DNA of 64,000 nucleotides from a bacterium (GTDB taxonomy: Bacteria > Patescibacteriota > Microgenomatia > UBA8517), in the NCBI GenBank assembly GCA_030583725.1, contig CP129472.1, positions 465,902 through 529,901 on the forward strand. The letters run 5' to 3'. The notes beneath the pieces are model-generated. The model had not been told where the DNA came from. It ran no database searches and was given only the letters and a program-made list of their open reading frames with translations. Position 1 is the stretch's first letter, and every line of letters starts with the position of its first letter. Positions 1 to 9,547 of this stretch are shown here, piece after piece. Both the position numbers and the translations under genes were made by a program.

Positions 1-2943
1 TTATCCTCGACCATATGGGTCAGCTTTAGAATATAACCAACACCAACCACCGTATCTTCCTTAAATTCCTCACCGGTTCTACCATCAATTAACCTGGCCT
101 TACCATTTACTGGCAAGTTGGCTTTTTTAAGTTCATTTACCAAGTCATTCTCTGTAATATGATCAAATACTGGAAATGCTCCTCTTTCGTTATTCTTATG
201 AAGTGCCAAACCAAAGTGGGCCTCTAAAAGCTGTCCCAAGTTCATACGAGAAAGAATTGAAAGTGGAGAAATAATCACATCAACTGGTGTACCATCAGAA
301 AGATACGGCATATCAGATACGGACATTATTTTTGCAATGACACCCTTGTTACCATGTCTTCCTGCAATTTTGTCTCCCACAGTAATTTTTCTTATTTGAG
401 CTACTTTAACTATAATCTTCTCAATAACTCCAGGGCCCAAGTCATCACCCTTACTTCGGCTCAAAATATTTACACCAACCACAATACCTTTCTCTCCGTG
501 AGGAACACGAAGTGAAGTATCTCTAACTTCTCGTGCCTTTTCGCCAAAGATGGCCCTTAACAACCTCTCTTCTGACGTTAATTCAGTTTCACCCTTTGGT
601 GCAATTTTACCAACTAAGATATCATTTGGCCCAACTTCGGCACCAATTACAACGATTCCATCATCAGCCAAATTTGAAAGTTCAGATTCAGAAACATTTG
701 GAATATCCTTTGTTCTTTCTTCTGCTCCTAATTTTGTGTCCACTACCTCAGCATCATATTCCTCGATATGGATTGAGGTTAATAAGTCTTCTTTAACTAA
801 CCTCTCAGAAATTAAGATTGCGTCCTCAAATCCATAACCCCCAAAGGATGTATAGGCCACCATTAAGTTTCGACCAAGTGCCAATTCTCCGTCCTGACTA
901 GCGGGTCCATCGACCAGCAAATCTCCCTCGTTAACTTTGTCACCCGGTTTAACAACTACACGTTGATTGTAGCAGGTTGAATGAGCTGTTTTCTTAAATT
1001 TAACAAGTGAATAAACTTCTTTTTTGCCGTTTTCAATAATTTCAATATCTTCGTTGTTACTAATTTTTTCAAGATCCTCGATGGAGACCTTTTTATCCAG
1101 TTTTATTACTATTTTTTCATTGTCTGCATATTCAACAATACCACTATGCCTTGCCAAAATGTTTCTAATCATTGCTTTTGAAATCTCGGATTCCATGCCA
1201 GTTCCAACAACTGGAGCATCAGGTGCAACCAGTGGCACAGCCTGACATTGCATGTTAGAACCCATCAATGCCCTGTTTCCTTCATCGTGAGCCAAGAATG
1301 GAATTAATGAGGCAGAGGTACCCACCAACTGCCTTGGTGTAATATCTATGTAGTCAACTAAACTTGATGGACCTTCAACAAAGTTACCCATATGTCTTAG
1401 TGGAACTCTGGCGTCAGTTATATATCCATCTTTATCAATACCCACTCCTGAATGGGTAATATTATAAGTTTCTTCATCATCAGCCGTTAAGTAAACGATT
1501 TCATCTAGAATTTTTACCTTTTTACCTTTTTTTTCTACTTTTCTATAAGGTGATTCCAAAAATCCAAACTCATTAACTTTTGCATACAATGATAAATATG
1601 TGACCAAACCAATATTAGGACCCTCTGGGGACCTGACAGGATCTAACCTTCCGTATTGGGAAGAGTTTACGTCTCTAATTGAGAAGGATGCTCTTTCTTT
1701 ATTTATTCCACCAGAACCTAAAACAGAAACTCTTCTTAGATTATCAACTTCAGAAAGTGGGTTTGTGTCATCTAGAATTGTTGACAATTGATTACTTCTA
1801 AAAAATTCATTAAGTGATGAAATTAGTGGTCTGGCGTTAATTAAATTCGAAGGGAGTGGCCTGTCGTCAGCTGATATCAAGCTCATTTTCTCTTTAACTG
1901 ACCTCTCAAGCCTTAATAGTCCTATACGAAATGCGTTAACAGAAACCAACTCTCCAACTCTTCTTAATCTTCGATTTGAAAGATGGTCAATATCATCAAC
2001 TCTTCCTGTACCATTTTGTAAACCAATTAAATACGTAAGTGAAGCAGTGATATCTTTCAAGGTTAGAACGTTTGCAGACTTGTCAGTCCTTGAAAGAGGC
2101 AGTCTTTTTCCTATTTTGTATCTACCTACCTCACCTAAGTCATATCTTCTCTTGTCTAAAAACATATTCTCGAATAAATTTGTGGCGTTTTCAATTAAAA
2201 CAGGTTCACCAGGTCTTAATTTTCTATATATCTCAAGAAGTGCGTCATCTTTTCCTTTTGTGGCATCCTTTGCAAGTGTTGCCTCTATGTATTTATGATC
2301 TTTATCTATATCTACTTCTTTAAAGAAATTGATTATTTCATTTTCACTCTCTAACCCTAAAGCTTTCAAAAATACTGTTGCAAGAACTTTTTTTCTTCTA
2401 TCGATTCTTGCATATATCAAATCATTTTTGTTTGCCTCAAATTCAAGCCATGAACCATGGAGTGGTCTTACTTCTGCTTTGTGTAATAATCTACCTGAAG
2501 TTGGGTCTGCCTCTGCAGAAAAATAAATTCCAGGACTTCTGACAATTTGGTTAATAACAGCTCTCTCAATACCGTTTATGATAAATGTACCCCTAACAGT
2601 CATCTGTGGTAGTTCACCTAAAAACACTTCTTGGCTGACTTCTTTACCTGTTCTTTTATTAATTAATGTGGCTGTAATTTTTAATGGAGTTGCATATGTT
2701 AATCCTTTTTCTTGGGCATAACTTGCAGTGATTGAGGGTTTACCAAGTGAATAATCACCCAACGCTAATTGCCAATTCTTGCCAGTAAAGTCGTCGATCG
2801 GAGATATTGCTTGAAGTTCTTCACCTACACCTTTTTTTAAAAACCAATCCCAAGATTCTCTTTGAACTAATGTCAAATCAAGTTTAGGAAGGTTTTTTTC
2901 TACTTTCCCAAAATTTCGGCGCAAGTTAGTTTTTGATTTCATT
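1..2943 (-). CDS. rpoB: DNA-directed RNA polymerase beta subunit (partial, C-terminus beyond window start)
   Basis: Minus-strand translation from the ATG at 2943 begins MKSKTNLRRNFGKVEKNLPKLDLTLVQRESWDWFL. Near position 1 the same frame gives EDTVVGVGYILKLTHMVEDK, matching the conserved RpoB GYMYMLKLHHLVDDK region. The ORF has no stop inside the window, which is why it is missing from the ORF track. Confidence 0.9.
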
Positions 2944-2997
2944 AAGCTTAGGTGATAGGTGATACAAGATAAGCCTACGTAAGTAGACCTAATGGGG

Positions 2998-3025
2998 ATT
3001 ATATATAAATTTTGATAAGTGTCAA
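2998..3025 (-). promoter_or_regulatory. sigma70-like promoter for rpoB (TTGACA-16-TATAAT)
   Basis: Minus-strand reading: TTGACA (plus coordinates 3020-3025), a 16-nt spacer, then TATAAT (2998-3003). This sits about 50 nt upstream of the rpoB ATG and 11 nt past the mltG stop. Confidence 0.55.
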
Positions 3026-3035
3026 CAAGTAAAAA

Positions 3036-3989
3036 CTATCTTAAGTACCGATTAATATTTTGATTATGTTCATCTAGTGTTCTGGCATAATGAATCTTGC
3101 CACTATTGTCATGGATGTAATACCAGTATTCGCTCTCAACAGAATTAATTACAGCATTAATTGTAGACGCACCAGGATTTGCAATTGGTGCGGGGGGGAG
3201 TCCAAGATTCTTGTATGTATTAAAGGGTGACTCGATACCTTTATCTTGTGCATATGCAGGATCCCAATATTTATTGGTCAAGGATACATTTTTATATTTA
3301 ATATTATCTTTAGCATATTGCAGTGTTGCATCTATTTGTAACGGCCAACCGTTTTCTAATCTTTTATACAAAACTCCAGCAACTACTGGTTTTTCCTCAT
3401 TTGTAAACGTTTCTCTTTCCAAAAGGGAAGCCATGATAACCTGTTCTTTGGTTGCATTCTTTACTTTTTGGTCAAATGTTGTGGTTAATCTATTAACAAC
3501 CTGGGTAGCAGATGCTGACTTGGGAAATAAATAAGTATCGGGATAGAGATAACCTTCTTTACCTACGGTTAATCTTAAAAACTCGTCAATAAAATCTGTT
3601 TCCTTGTTTAAGACGATTGCAAACCTAATTGCAATTTCTTCACGTCTTAAACCCTCAGGAATAGTTACCCAAAATTCTGTCGGACCTTTCTTTAGTCTAT
3701 CAACCATTTCAACCAAACTTAGGTTTTGAGTAAGTTGGAACTCACCTGCTTGGATTTTATTTGTATTATTTGTCAGTTGCACATAGAACTTGAAAGCGAT
3801 ACCACTTCGTATAAGCTTGGCGCTTTCCAAGTTATTACCTATTTGGGCAACCGAAGAACCTTTGTTAATTAAAAAATCAACCTCACCACTATTATCAGAG
3901 ACTGGCAAAAGTAGACCCCTAAAGTAGAAAATAAAAACTGCAACAAGTACGAAAGGTAAAAGAATTACTGTAAGTAGTTTAAATTTCAT
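3036..3989 (-). CDS. mltG: endolytic murein transglycosylase MltG (YceG-like)
   Basis: Motifs YLYPDTYLF, LLERET and GLPPAPIANPG, plus an N-terminal transmembrane segment. The likely true start is the internal Met (MKFKLLTVILL); the track ORF extends to 4046. Confidence 0.8.
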   Translation of the reverse strand: MKFKLLTVILLPFVLVAVFIFYFRGLLLPVSDNSGEVDFLINKGSSVAQIGNNLESAKLIRSGIAFKFYVQLTNNTNKIQAGEFQLTQNLSLVEMVDRLKKGPTEFWVTIPEGLRREEIAIRFAIVLNKETDFIDEFLRLTVGKEGYLYPDTYLFPKSASATQVVNRLTTTFDQKVKNATKEQVIMASLLERETFTNEEKPVVAGVLYKRLENGWPLQIDATLQYAKDNIKYKNVSLTNKYWDPAYAQDKGIESPFNTYKNLGLPPAPIANPGASTINAVINSVESEYWYYIHDNSGKIHYARTLDEHNQNINRYLR

Positions 3990-4176
3990 TAAGAAGTGCA
4001 CGCCTATATTTTTTGGTTTTCTCATTATAAATATAAATCCTACCACACTTGCAAGTTACCATTGTCCCATACTTATGACTTTTACTTTCTGCGTTTGATA
4101 ATGAAACACCACAGCCAACACATTTGCCTTGTGACATTAACCAAGCCTGAATAGGAGCGATTACATTTTTAAGCAT
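3979..4176 (-). CDS. small zinc-ribbon protein (CxxC...CxC)
   Basis: The 65-aa ORF contains CVGCG and CKCG cysteine pairs. It sits between ruvX and mltG, like the small yrzB-type genes in the Firmicutes alaS-ruvX-mltG cluster. Confidence 0.4.
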   Translation of the reverse strand: MLKNVIAPIQAWLMSQGKCVGCGVSLSNAESKSHKYGTMVTCKCGRIYIYNEKTKKYRRALLNEI

Positions 4177-4534
4177 TGTCTAGATATGATTGTAACATAA
4201 TAGTTGCTGCAAATGCATCTTCCATCTCGCGTCGTTTTTTTCTACCCATACCCGATTGAATTGACATAACTTGGGCATCATGTGAACTTAGTGTTTCATC
4301 AAACGTTTCAGCTCTAAATTGTTTAGCAAACTCGTTTTGCTCCTTTGCCATTTCACCCTCTGAAATACCAACAACTACTTTTTCTATTTTTTGCTTTTCA
4401 ATTATCCTTTGAATGTGGGCAATCATTTTATCCCAATCTCTGTAGCGAATTACTTGATATGGTTCAGCAAGTTTGCCATCAGAAACAGCAAGACCTATTT
4501 TTCTTCTACCATAATCAATGCCTAAAAATTTCAT
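4169..4534 (-). CDS. ruvX: Holliday junction resolvase-like RuvX/YqgF
   Basis: The N-terminus FLGIDYGRRKIGLAVSD is the canonical YqgF/RuvX RNase H-fold motif. Length is 121 aa. Confidence 0.85.
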   Translation of the reverse strand: MKFLGIDYGRRKIGLAVSDGKLAEPYQVIRYRDWDKMIAHIQRIIEKQKIEKVVVGISEGEMAKEQNEFAKQFRAETFDETLSSHDAQVMSIQSGMGRKKRREMEDAFAATIMLQSYLDNA

Positions 4535-4554
4535 AATCTTTTTGTGGTTTGGTG

Positions 4555-5238
4555 TTAGCTTACCACTCTTGCCCTAACAATTAAACGTTTTGGATTTCTG
4601 GGGTCTCCTGGTGGGGTACAAGTTACCAGTGTTAAAAACGAATCAGAATTGTTTTGTTCTAAAATCTGAATGTCTGTTGGATATATTTCAAACAGTTCTT
4701 CAACTACAAAATCGTATGAAACACCATCAAATTTAACAAAAATCTGATCACCATTTTTTAAAGTAGGAAGTGTTGAGAATATCGCCATATAATTTTTAGG
4801 GTTATAGAAAATTGGTAGAATTGAATGACCGAAAATTACAGCATTGCCGTTTCTACCCGGCAGGGCTGTTCCAGGATACTGTACTAGGTGCTTGGACAAA
4901 TCTTCACCCCCGATTGCGACAATGGCATCTTCTATTTTTAGTTTCGGGATTGTAATTGTGTAAAAATCTACTTTTGACTCCTCAAAATCTTTTGTGTCAG
5001 CCGTAGGAAACCAGGTTGATGCTTTGGTATAGTCGGTGGGTTCTTTTGTTTCATCTTTTTTCTCTAATACTAAAGGGGATAGAAGGGTGGAATAAGATCT
5101 TGCATTGGTCAGTTGATAAACAACAATGGGCCAAATTGAAACAAACAATATAGTAAGCCCAAAAGCGCTTAATCCAAACGACAATAATTTAATAACTTTT
5201 CTTCTGTGACTAAAATTCATTTTTTTAAAGTAAATCAA
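4555..5238 (-). CDS. sortase (membrane-anchored cysteine transpeptidase)
   Basis: N-terminal transmembrane anchor. The TLVTCTP motif matches the sortase catalytic TLxTC signature, with a downstream Arg (RLIVRARV). Its stop abuts the start of the upstream gene (5238/5239). Confidence 0.75.
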   Translation of the reverse strand: MIYFKKMNFSHRRKVIKLLSFGLSAFGLTILFVSIWPIVVYQLTNARSYSTLLSPLVLEKKDETKEPTDYTKASTWFPTADTKDFEESKVDFYTITIPKLKIEDAIVAIGGEDLSKHLVQYPGTALPGRNGNAVIFGHSILPIFYNPKNYMAIFSTLPTLKNGDQIFVKFDGVSYDFVVEELFEIYPTDIQILEQNNSDSFLTLVTCTPPGDPRNPKRLIVRARVVS

Positions 5239-7302
5239 CTACTCTTCAACGGCAAAACTCACTGTCATTCTTTTGGGTATATGGGGAAGAGTTCCCAGCT
5301 TACCGGGGAATAACGGTTTTATTTTAAACTCTGCCTTAGTAAATCCTGTAATACTAGAGAAGTAGTCCTCGGCAAGTTCAGGGTATTTACCTGCTATTTT
5401 CTTTGCAATTTCACCCTCGTCTATGTCTGGTAACAGATTTGCCGTTACTCTTACATTAAAGAGGTCATCTTCAGCCATGATTTCGTATTCAATCTGATCA
5501 TCTTTTAGAACAAAATTCGTAGGAATCTTGTCATTTAGTATTTCTTTAGATTTGGCTAAGAGTTCATCTTTAGAAATGGATATAATTTTAACATCAAGTT
5601 TCAACGACAATTTGATAGATGTGGCCTCATCACCAACTTTATTACTAAACTGTTCGTCACGAGAAACAATTTCAACTGACGAGTCAATAAGTATCTGATT
5701 GGAATCAAGTTTTTGTGAAATTTGAGATTTTGCGTCATTTAGTAATTCTTCTGTTAACTCATCTAGTATTTTCTTTCTATCGCTTTCACTAACTGCCGAA
5801 ATTTGACGACTTGAACCACCACCAAAACCATCAAGGGAAATGGCATCAACCTCAGCTTTTGGATAATTCCCCACCTTAAATATCTCGTCTTTGGATATGT
5901 TATATTCTGAACCAATACTTCCCGCTTCCACCTCTATTTCTCCAGTTCCAGGATTTGATGGAGACAATGCACCAGAGATAGATGCTGAACTTAAAGTTAC
6001 AAATTTTAAATCTGACGAGGACAACAAAGTACTTCCCGCTGCTAAGTTGATAGGAAAGGCTGTGCCATTTTGAACCTTTACCTTACCTTTTGACTTTTCT
6101 CCAACAGTTTTTGTGCCAGTTGTAGAAATAGTTTTTTCACCACTGACGCTTATCTCATTTTCACTAGTCTTAATACTTGAATCTGACTGTATCTCTATAT
6201 TCTCCTCAATTTGTTTTGGTGAAACATATATGGTCACCACAGCTTTAGGTAAAAACCACCACAAAAGAAAACTTGCCACAACTAAAGTCAGGGCTCCGGA
6301 ACCCGCAACTACCAACATCTTGTTGTTTAAATTTAGTTTAGGCATTTTTATACTAGGCCTACTAAAAGTGGTTAGACCTTTAATTTTATTTTTTAAATCA
6401 GGAAGCTGTATTTTTTGGGTTATTGGAAGATCTGGTTCTTCTTTGACAAAACCCAACTCTTCAGCAGTCAGTTTATTAGGCTCTTGAATGTTTTCAACCT
6501 CTTCTGATTCCAAACTTTCAACAACTGTTTCATCAGGCAGTTGACTGTCTTCAACACCACCAACAGCCCCCAGTTCAGATCCACCAGCTAAGGCAACTGC
6601 AATTATCTTTTTCTCTGGGTCAAAAACTTCTATCTTTGGCGTATGGATAAACTTGCTTTGACCTACTTTTTCCCAATCCGAGTTGTTTAAAATTTCTTTA
6701 ACATCTTCTAGTTCTTGCTCTTTCTGGTTATACAAAACGATCCTAGAAGGAAAATTTTCAACTGTATCTTTTAATCTTGTGAGTCCTTCCATTAAATCAT
6801 CTTCCACCGAAACACTTCTTAAAACGTTTGTAACACCAGATAAAGTTCCCAAATTAAATATTGCAATTTCTATATTCTGGTCACTAAGTCCTAAGACTAA
6901 AGCATTAGTGTCGCCATGATCTTCACTTTTAAGAAAGTGGGAGATAGCTTCAGAAAGTACTACAAAACCAGAGGGAACAAGTGATAGCTTCTCACAAATT
7001 ACTTTTAACTCCTCAAGTTTTTCAGGTTTTATGTTTCCATCTTCTATCCAGTTGTTAGATAAACCGAATACCGTCCTACTGGGATCCATTGACTCTTCAG
7101 GTAAAAACTGTGAACAAGCGGATAGTGAAGTATCAATTGCTTCCAATAAATTGTCTTCCCAACGGGTTGGTGGAGATTTTGCGATAACTTCTACCTTACC
7201 ATCTTTTATTTGCCAGACGGCAGAAGTAATCCATTCCGGCTCAATTAAAAGAGCCCAAAAATTCTCTGTATTAGGTTTTTGTTTTTGAAGAAAGTCCAAC
7301 AT
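5239..7302 (-). CDS. hypothetical bitopic membrane protein (N-terminal cytoplasmic domain possibly FtsA/PilM-like, large S/T-rich ectodomain)
   Basis: 687 aa with a single transmembrane helix (MLVVAGSGALTLVVASFLLWWFL) near residue 340. The N-terminal roughly 250 aa (WALLIEPEWITSAVWQIKDGKVEVIAKSPP...) resemble the start of actin-fold FtsA/PilM-type proteins, but this assignment is tentative. The gene is tightly coupled to the sortase gene. Confidence 0.5.
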   Translation of the reverse strand: MLDFLQKQKPNTENFWALLIEPEWITSAVWQIKDGKVEVIAKSPPTRWEDNLLEAIDTSLSACSQFLPEESMDPSRTVFGLSNNWIEDGNIKPEKLEELKVICEKLSLVPSGFVVLSEAISHFLKSEDHGDTNALVLGLSDQNIEIAIFNLGTLSGVTNVLRSVSVEDDLMEGLTRLKDTVENFPSRIVLYNQKEQELEDVKEILNNSDWEKVGQSKFIHTPKIEVFDPEKKIIAVALAGGSELGAVGGVEDSQLPDETVVESLESEEVENIQEPNKLTAEELGFVKEEPDLPITQKIQLPDLKNKIKGLTTFSRPSIKMPKLNLNNKMLVVAGSGALTLVVASFLLWWFLPKAVVTIYVSPKQIEENIEIQSDSSIKTSENEISVSGEKTISTTGTKTVGEKSKGKVKVQNGTAFPINLAAGSTLLSSSDLKFVTLSSASISGALSPSNPGTGEIEVEAGSIGSEYNISKDEIFKVGNYPKAEVDAISLDGFGGGSSRQISAVSESDRKKILDELTEELLNDAKSQISQKLDSNQILIDSSVEIVSRDEQFSNKVGDEATSIKLSLKLDVKIISISKDELLAKSKEILNDKIPTNFVLKDDQIEYEIMAEDDLFNVRVTANLLPDIDEGEIAKKIAGKYPELAEDYFSSITGFTKAEFKIKPLFPGKLGTLPHIPKRMTVSFAVEE

Positions 7303-9001
7303 ATATTCTGATTACGCCGGAGCCAATTTTCTCCTGCTTAATCATTCTAACATTCCCAACAAGTTTTGTGCTAGTAACGTGAGGTCCACCACAAATTTCT
7401 CTTGAAAAATAGTCTTCATTTGAACCTATTGTGTACATTTTTACCTTTTCACCATATTTTTCAGCAAAAAAATGCAAGGCACCTTTTTCAATTGCATCTT
7501 CTGGAGTAGTCTCTATAAATGTAACAGGTAAGTCTTCATCAACCACACGATTGATTGTGTCAAAAACATTAGTTACCTGTTCCTCATTTAATTTTTCAGA
7601 ATATGAAAAGTCAAATCTAAGTCGGTCTTTCGTAATATGACTTCCTTTTTGAGAAACTACGTCACCCAAAACTTTACGAAGTGAGGAATGTAATAAATGT
7701 GTTGCTGTGTGTAATTTAGTTGTTTCTTCCGAAATGTCTTCAAGCCCACCTTTAAAAATTCCAGTTGAGAGACTTTTTGAAGCTGTTCTGTGTTTTTCAA
7801 ATTCATCACCAAATTCTTTTAAATCTACTTTTTGTCCTTTGTCGGTAAACAACTCAATCGTAAGTTCAAGTGGAAAACCATATGACTGATACAAGTCAAA
7901 AGCAATTTTACCTGTAATTTTTTTGACTTTTTTGATTTCTTTTAAACCATTATCCAGACTTACCTTAAACTTCTTTAATTCCTCCAAAATAACAGTATTC
8001 CTAATCACCTTGTCTACATCGGAAAATTTTATAGCCATTCTTCTTATTAGTCTTCTTAATATGTATCCGTGCATTTTATTTGAAGGAACTACACCAGCAT
8101 TAATTAATGCTTCTGATGCCCTTAAATGATCTGCAACTATTCTAAAATTCTTTTTCTCATCTTCATACTTTTTACCTGTAATTTTTTCCAACTTCATAAT
8201 TGTTGGCCAAAAGATATCAGTTTTAAAAACATCTGGGTCATTATTTAATGCAGCGGTTATTCTTTCCAGTCCACCACCGAAATCAACATTTTTTTGTGGA
8301 AGTTCTTCAAGACTTCCATCTTTCATCTTTTTGTACTGAATAAAGACTGAGTTACCAATTTCTAAAAACCTACCACAGTCACAATTTGGGTGGCATTTTT
8401 CACTTTTAAATTCACTATTTTCGTGTAATTTTAGCTTTTCTCCAAAGTCAAAAAATATTTCAGAGTCTGGTCCACCAATTTCACCTTCAGGCATTTCATC
8501 AGGTGTTCCGCTTCTACTCCACCAATTCTTTTTTACACCATATTCAAAAATGTGATTTTCAGAAACCCCCAGATCTTTCCAGATATTGAAACTTTCGGTG
8601 TCTTCTGGAACTGAGTCATTACCCTCAAAAACTGAAACATATAGCTTTGCTGGTGAAAGTTTTAATTCTTTTGTTAAAAATTCCCATACCCAAGGTAGCT
8701 GTTCCTCTTTAAAATAATCACCTAAACTCCAGTTGCCCAACATCTCAAAATAAGTGGTGTGTCTATTGTCCCCAACCTCTTCAATATCTTGAAGTCTAAT
8801 TGAAGGCTGGCTGTCAACTAGTCTGGTCCCGTCAGGATGTTTTTCTCCCATTAAATATGGAACTAGGGGTTGCATACCTGAACTTGTAAAAAGGGTTGTT
8901 GGATCTTTTTCTAAAACAAGTGGAGCAGGAGGAATTATTTTATGCCCCCTTTTTTCGAAGAAACGCAAATATTTTTCTCGGACTTGATTACTTGCAATCA
9001 T
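7271..9001 (-). CDS. alaS: alanyl-tRNA synthetase, short form lacking the C-Ala domain
   Basis: The N-terminus FFEKRGHKIIPPAPLV...DPTTLFTSSGMQ is the class II AlaRS catalytic core. The editing-domain HxxxH (HTATHLLH) and CGGPHV motifs are present. The protein ends after the editing domain at 576 aa. Confidence 0.9.
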   Translation of the reverse strand: MIASNQVREKYLRFFEKRGHKIIPPAPLVLEKDPTTLFTSSGMQPLVPYLMGEKHPDGTRLVDSQPSIRLQDIEEVGDNRHTTYFEMLGNWSLGDYFKEEQLPWVWEFLTKELKLSPAKLYVSVFEGNDSVPEDTESFNIWKDLGVSENHIFEYGVKKNWWSRSGTPDEMPEGEIGGPDSEIFFDFGEKLKLHENSEFKSEKCHPNCDCGRFLEIGNSVFIQYKKMKDGSLEELPQKNVDFGGGLERITAALNNDPDVFKTDIFWPTIMKLEKITGKKYEDEKKNFRIVADHLRASEALINAGVVPSNKMHGYILRRLIRRMAIKFSDVDKVIRNTVILEELKKFKVSLDNGLKEIKKVKKITGKIAFDLYQSYGFPLELTIELFTDKGQKVDLKEFGDEFEKHRTASKSLSTGIFKGGLEDISEETTKLHTATHLLHSSLRKVLGDVVSQKGSHITKDRLRFDFSYSEKLNEEQVTNVFDTINRVVDEDLPVTFIETTPEDAIEKGALHFFAEKYGEKVKMYTIGSNEDYFSREICGGPHVTSTKLVGNVRMIKQEKIGSGVIRIYVGLSSKTKT

Positions 9002-9023
9002 AAACTGAATTATATATCTAAAT

Positions 9024-9051
9024 TTGACACCTATCTAGCTGGGATTATAAT
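9024..9051 (+). promoter_or_regulatory. consensus sigma70 promoter (TTGACA-16-TATAAT) for small plus-strand ORF
   Basis: TTGACA at 9024-9029, a 16-nt spacer, TATAAT at 9046-9051. The first ATG (9063) lies about 12 nt downstream, so the transcript would be leaderless or nearly so. Confidence 0.55.
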
Positions 9052-9062
9052 AGTTGTATCAT

Positions 9063-9287
9063 ATGGAAACTTTAAAGGTACGTGGCATTATACTTAAAGA
9101 TGCAGCATACGCAAAGGCTTTGGAAGCTCAAGGCCTTATCAGCACCGAAGAACTTGAAAAAAAACTCCCAAATTTGGATCCTGGTACAATAGATTTGATA
9201 GGGGCGACCGATATGCGAAGGCGTAATTTACACAAGCCAATTATTCCTCAAGTAATACGTTTAATCCAGGGGTTTAGAAAAAAATAA
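9063..9287 (+). CDS. hypothetical small protein (74 aa from the first ATG)
   Basis: This is the only plus-strand ORF in a long minus-strand block and has a perfect promoter upstream. The track ORF starts at a TTG (9054) that lies inside the -10 region, so ATG 9063 is preferred. No recognisable domain. Confidence 0.35.
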   Translation: METLKVRGIILKDAAYAKALEAQGLISTEELEKKLPNLDPGTIDLIGATDMRRRNLHKPIIPQVIRLIQGFRKK

Positions 9288-9289
9288 AT

Positions 9290-9526
9290 CTATTCTTGTC
9301 CATGGGTAGTTATACTCTTATCTCTTTTAAACATTTCTGCAATTCCTGTTAATCTTTCAGGTCTTATGAGACCTCCACCCAAAACTGCATCTTCTAAAAT
9401 GGAGTTTAGTCTTTTGACTGATTTTCGTAAATCTAAAATTATAAAAACAACTTGTATACCAACTATCACCAACAAAACTGTTAAAGAGATAACTACTATA
9501 ACTAATAGTCTTTGTACTGAATCCAT
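9290..9526 (-). CDS. hypothetical small membrane protein
   Basis: 78 aa with an N-terminal hydrophobic helix (LLVIVVISLTVLLVIVGIQVVFIIL) and a charged C-terminus. Confidence 0.35.
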   Translation of the reverse strand: MDSVQRLLVIVVISLTVLLVIVGIQVVFIILDLRKSVKRLNSILEDAVLGGGLIRPERLTGIAEMFKRDKSITTHGQE

Positions 9527-9547
9527 ATTGTTATATTATACTATCGT

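Noticed and set aside
1-60. An apparent stop codon at the very start of the window on the minus strand (frame giving ...PYGRG*)
   Set aside because: That frame is not the coding frame. The adjacent frame reads EDTVVGVGYILKLTHMVEDK, a conserved RpoB block, and continues out of the window. rpoB is therefore simply truncated by the window edge.
533-2526. Several 60-95-aa plus-strand ORFs in the track (533-837, 1024-1245, 2047-2323 and others)
   Set aside because: They lie antisense within the rpoB coding region and have low-complexity composition. No independent signals support them.
3990-4046. N-terminal extension of the MltG ORF overlapping the zinc-ribbon gene
   Set aside because: The extension encodes MVGFIFIMRKPKNIGVHFL with no signal-peptide logic. 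The internal Met MKFKLL starts a proper transmembrane anchor and removes most of the overlap.
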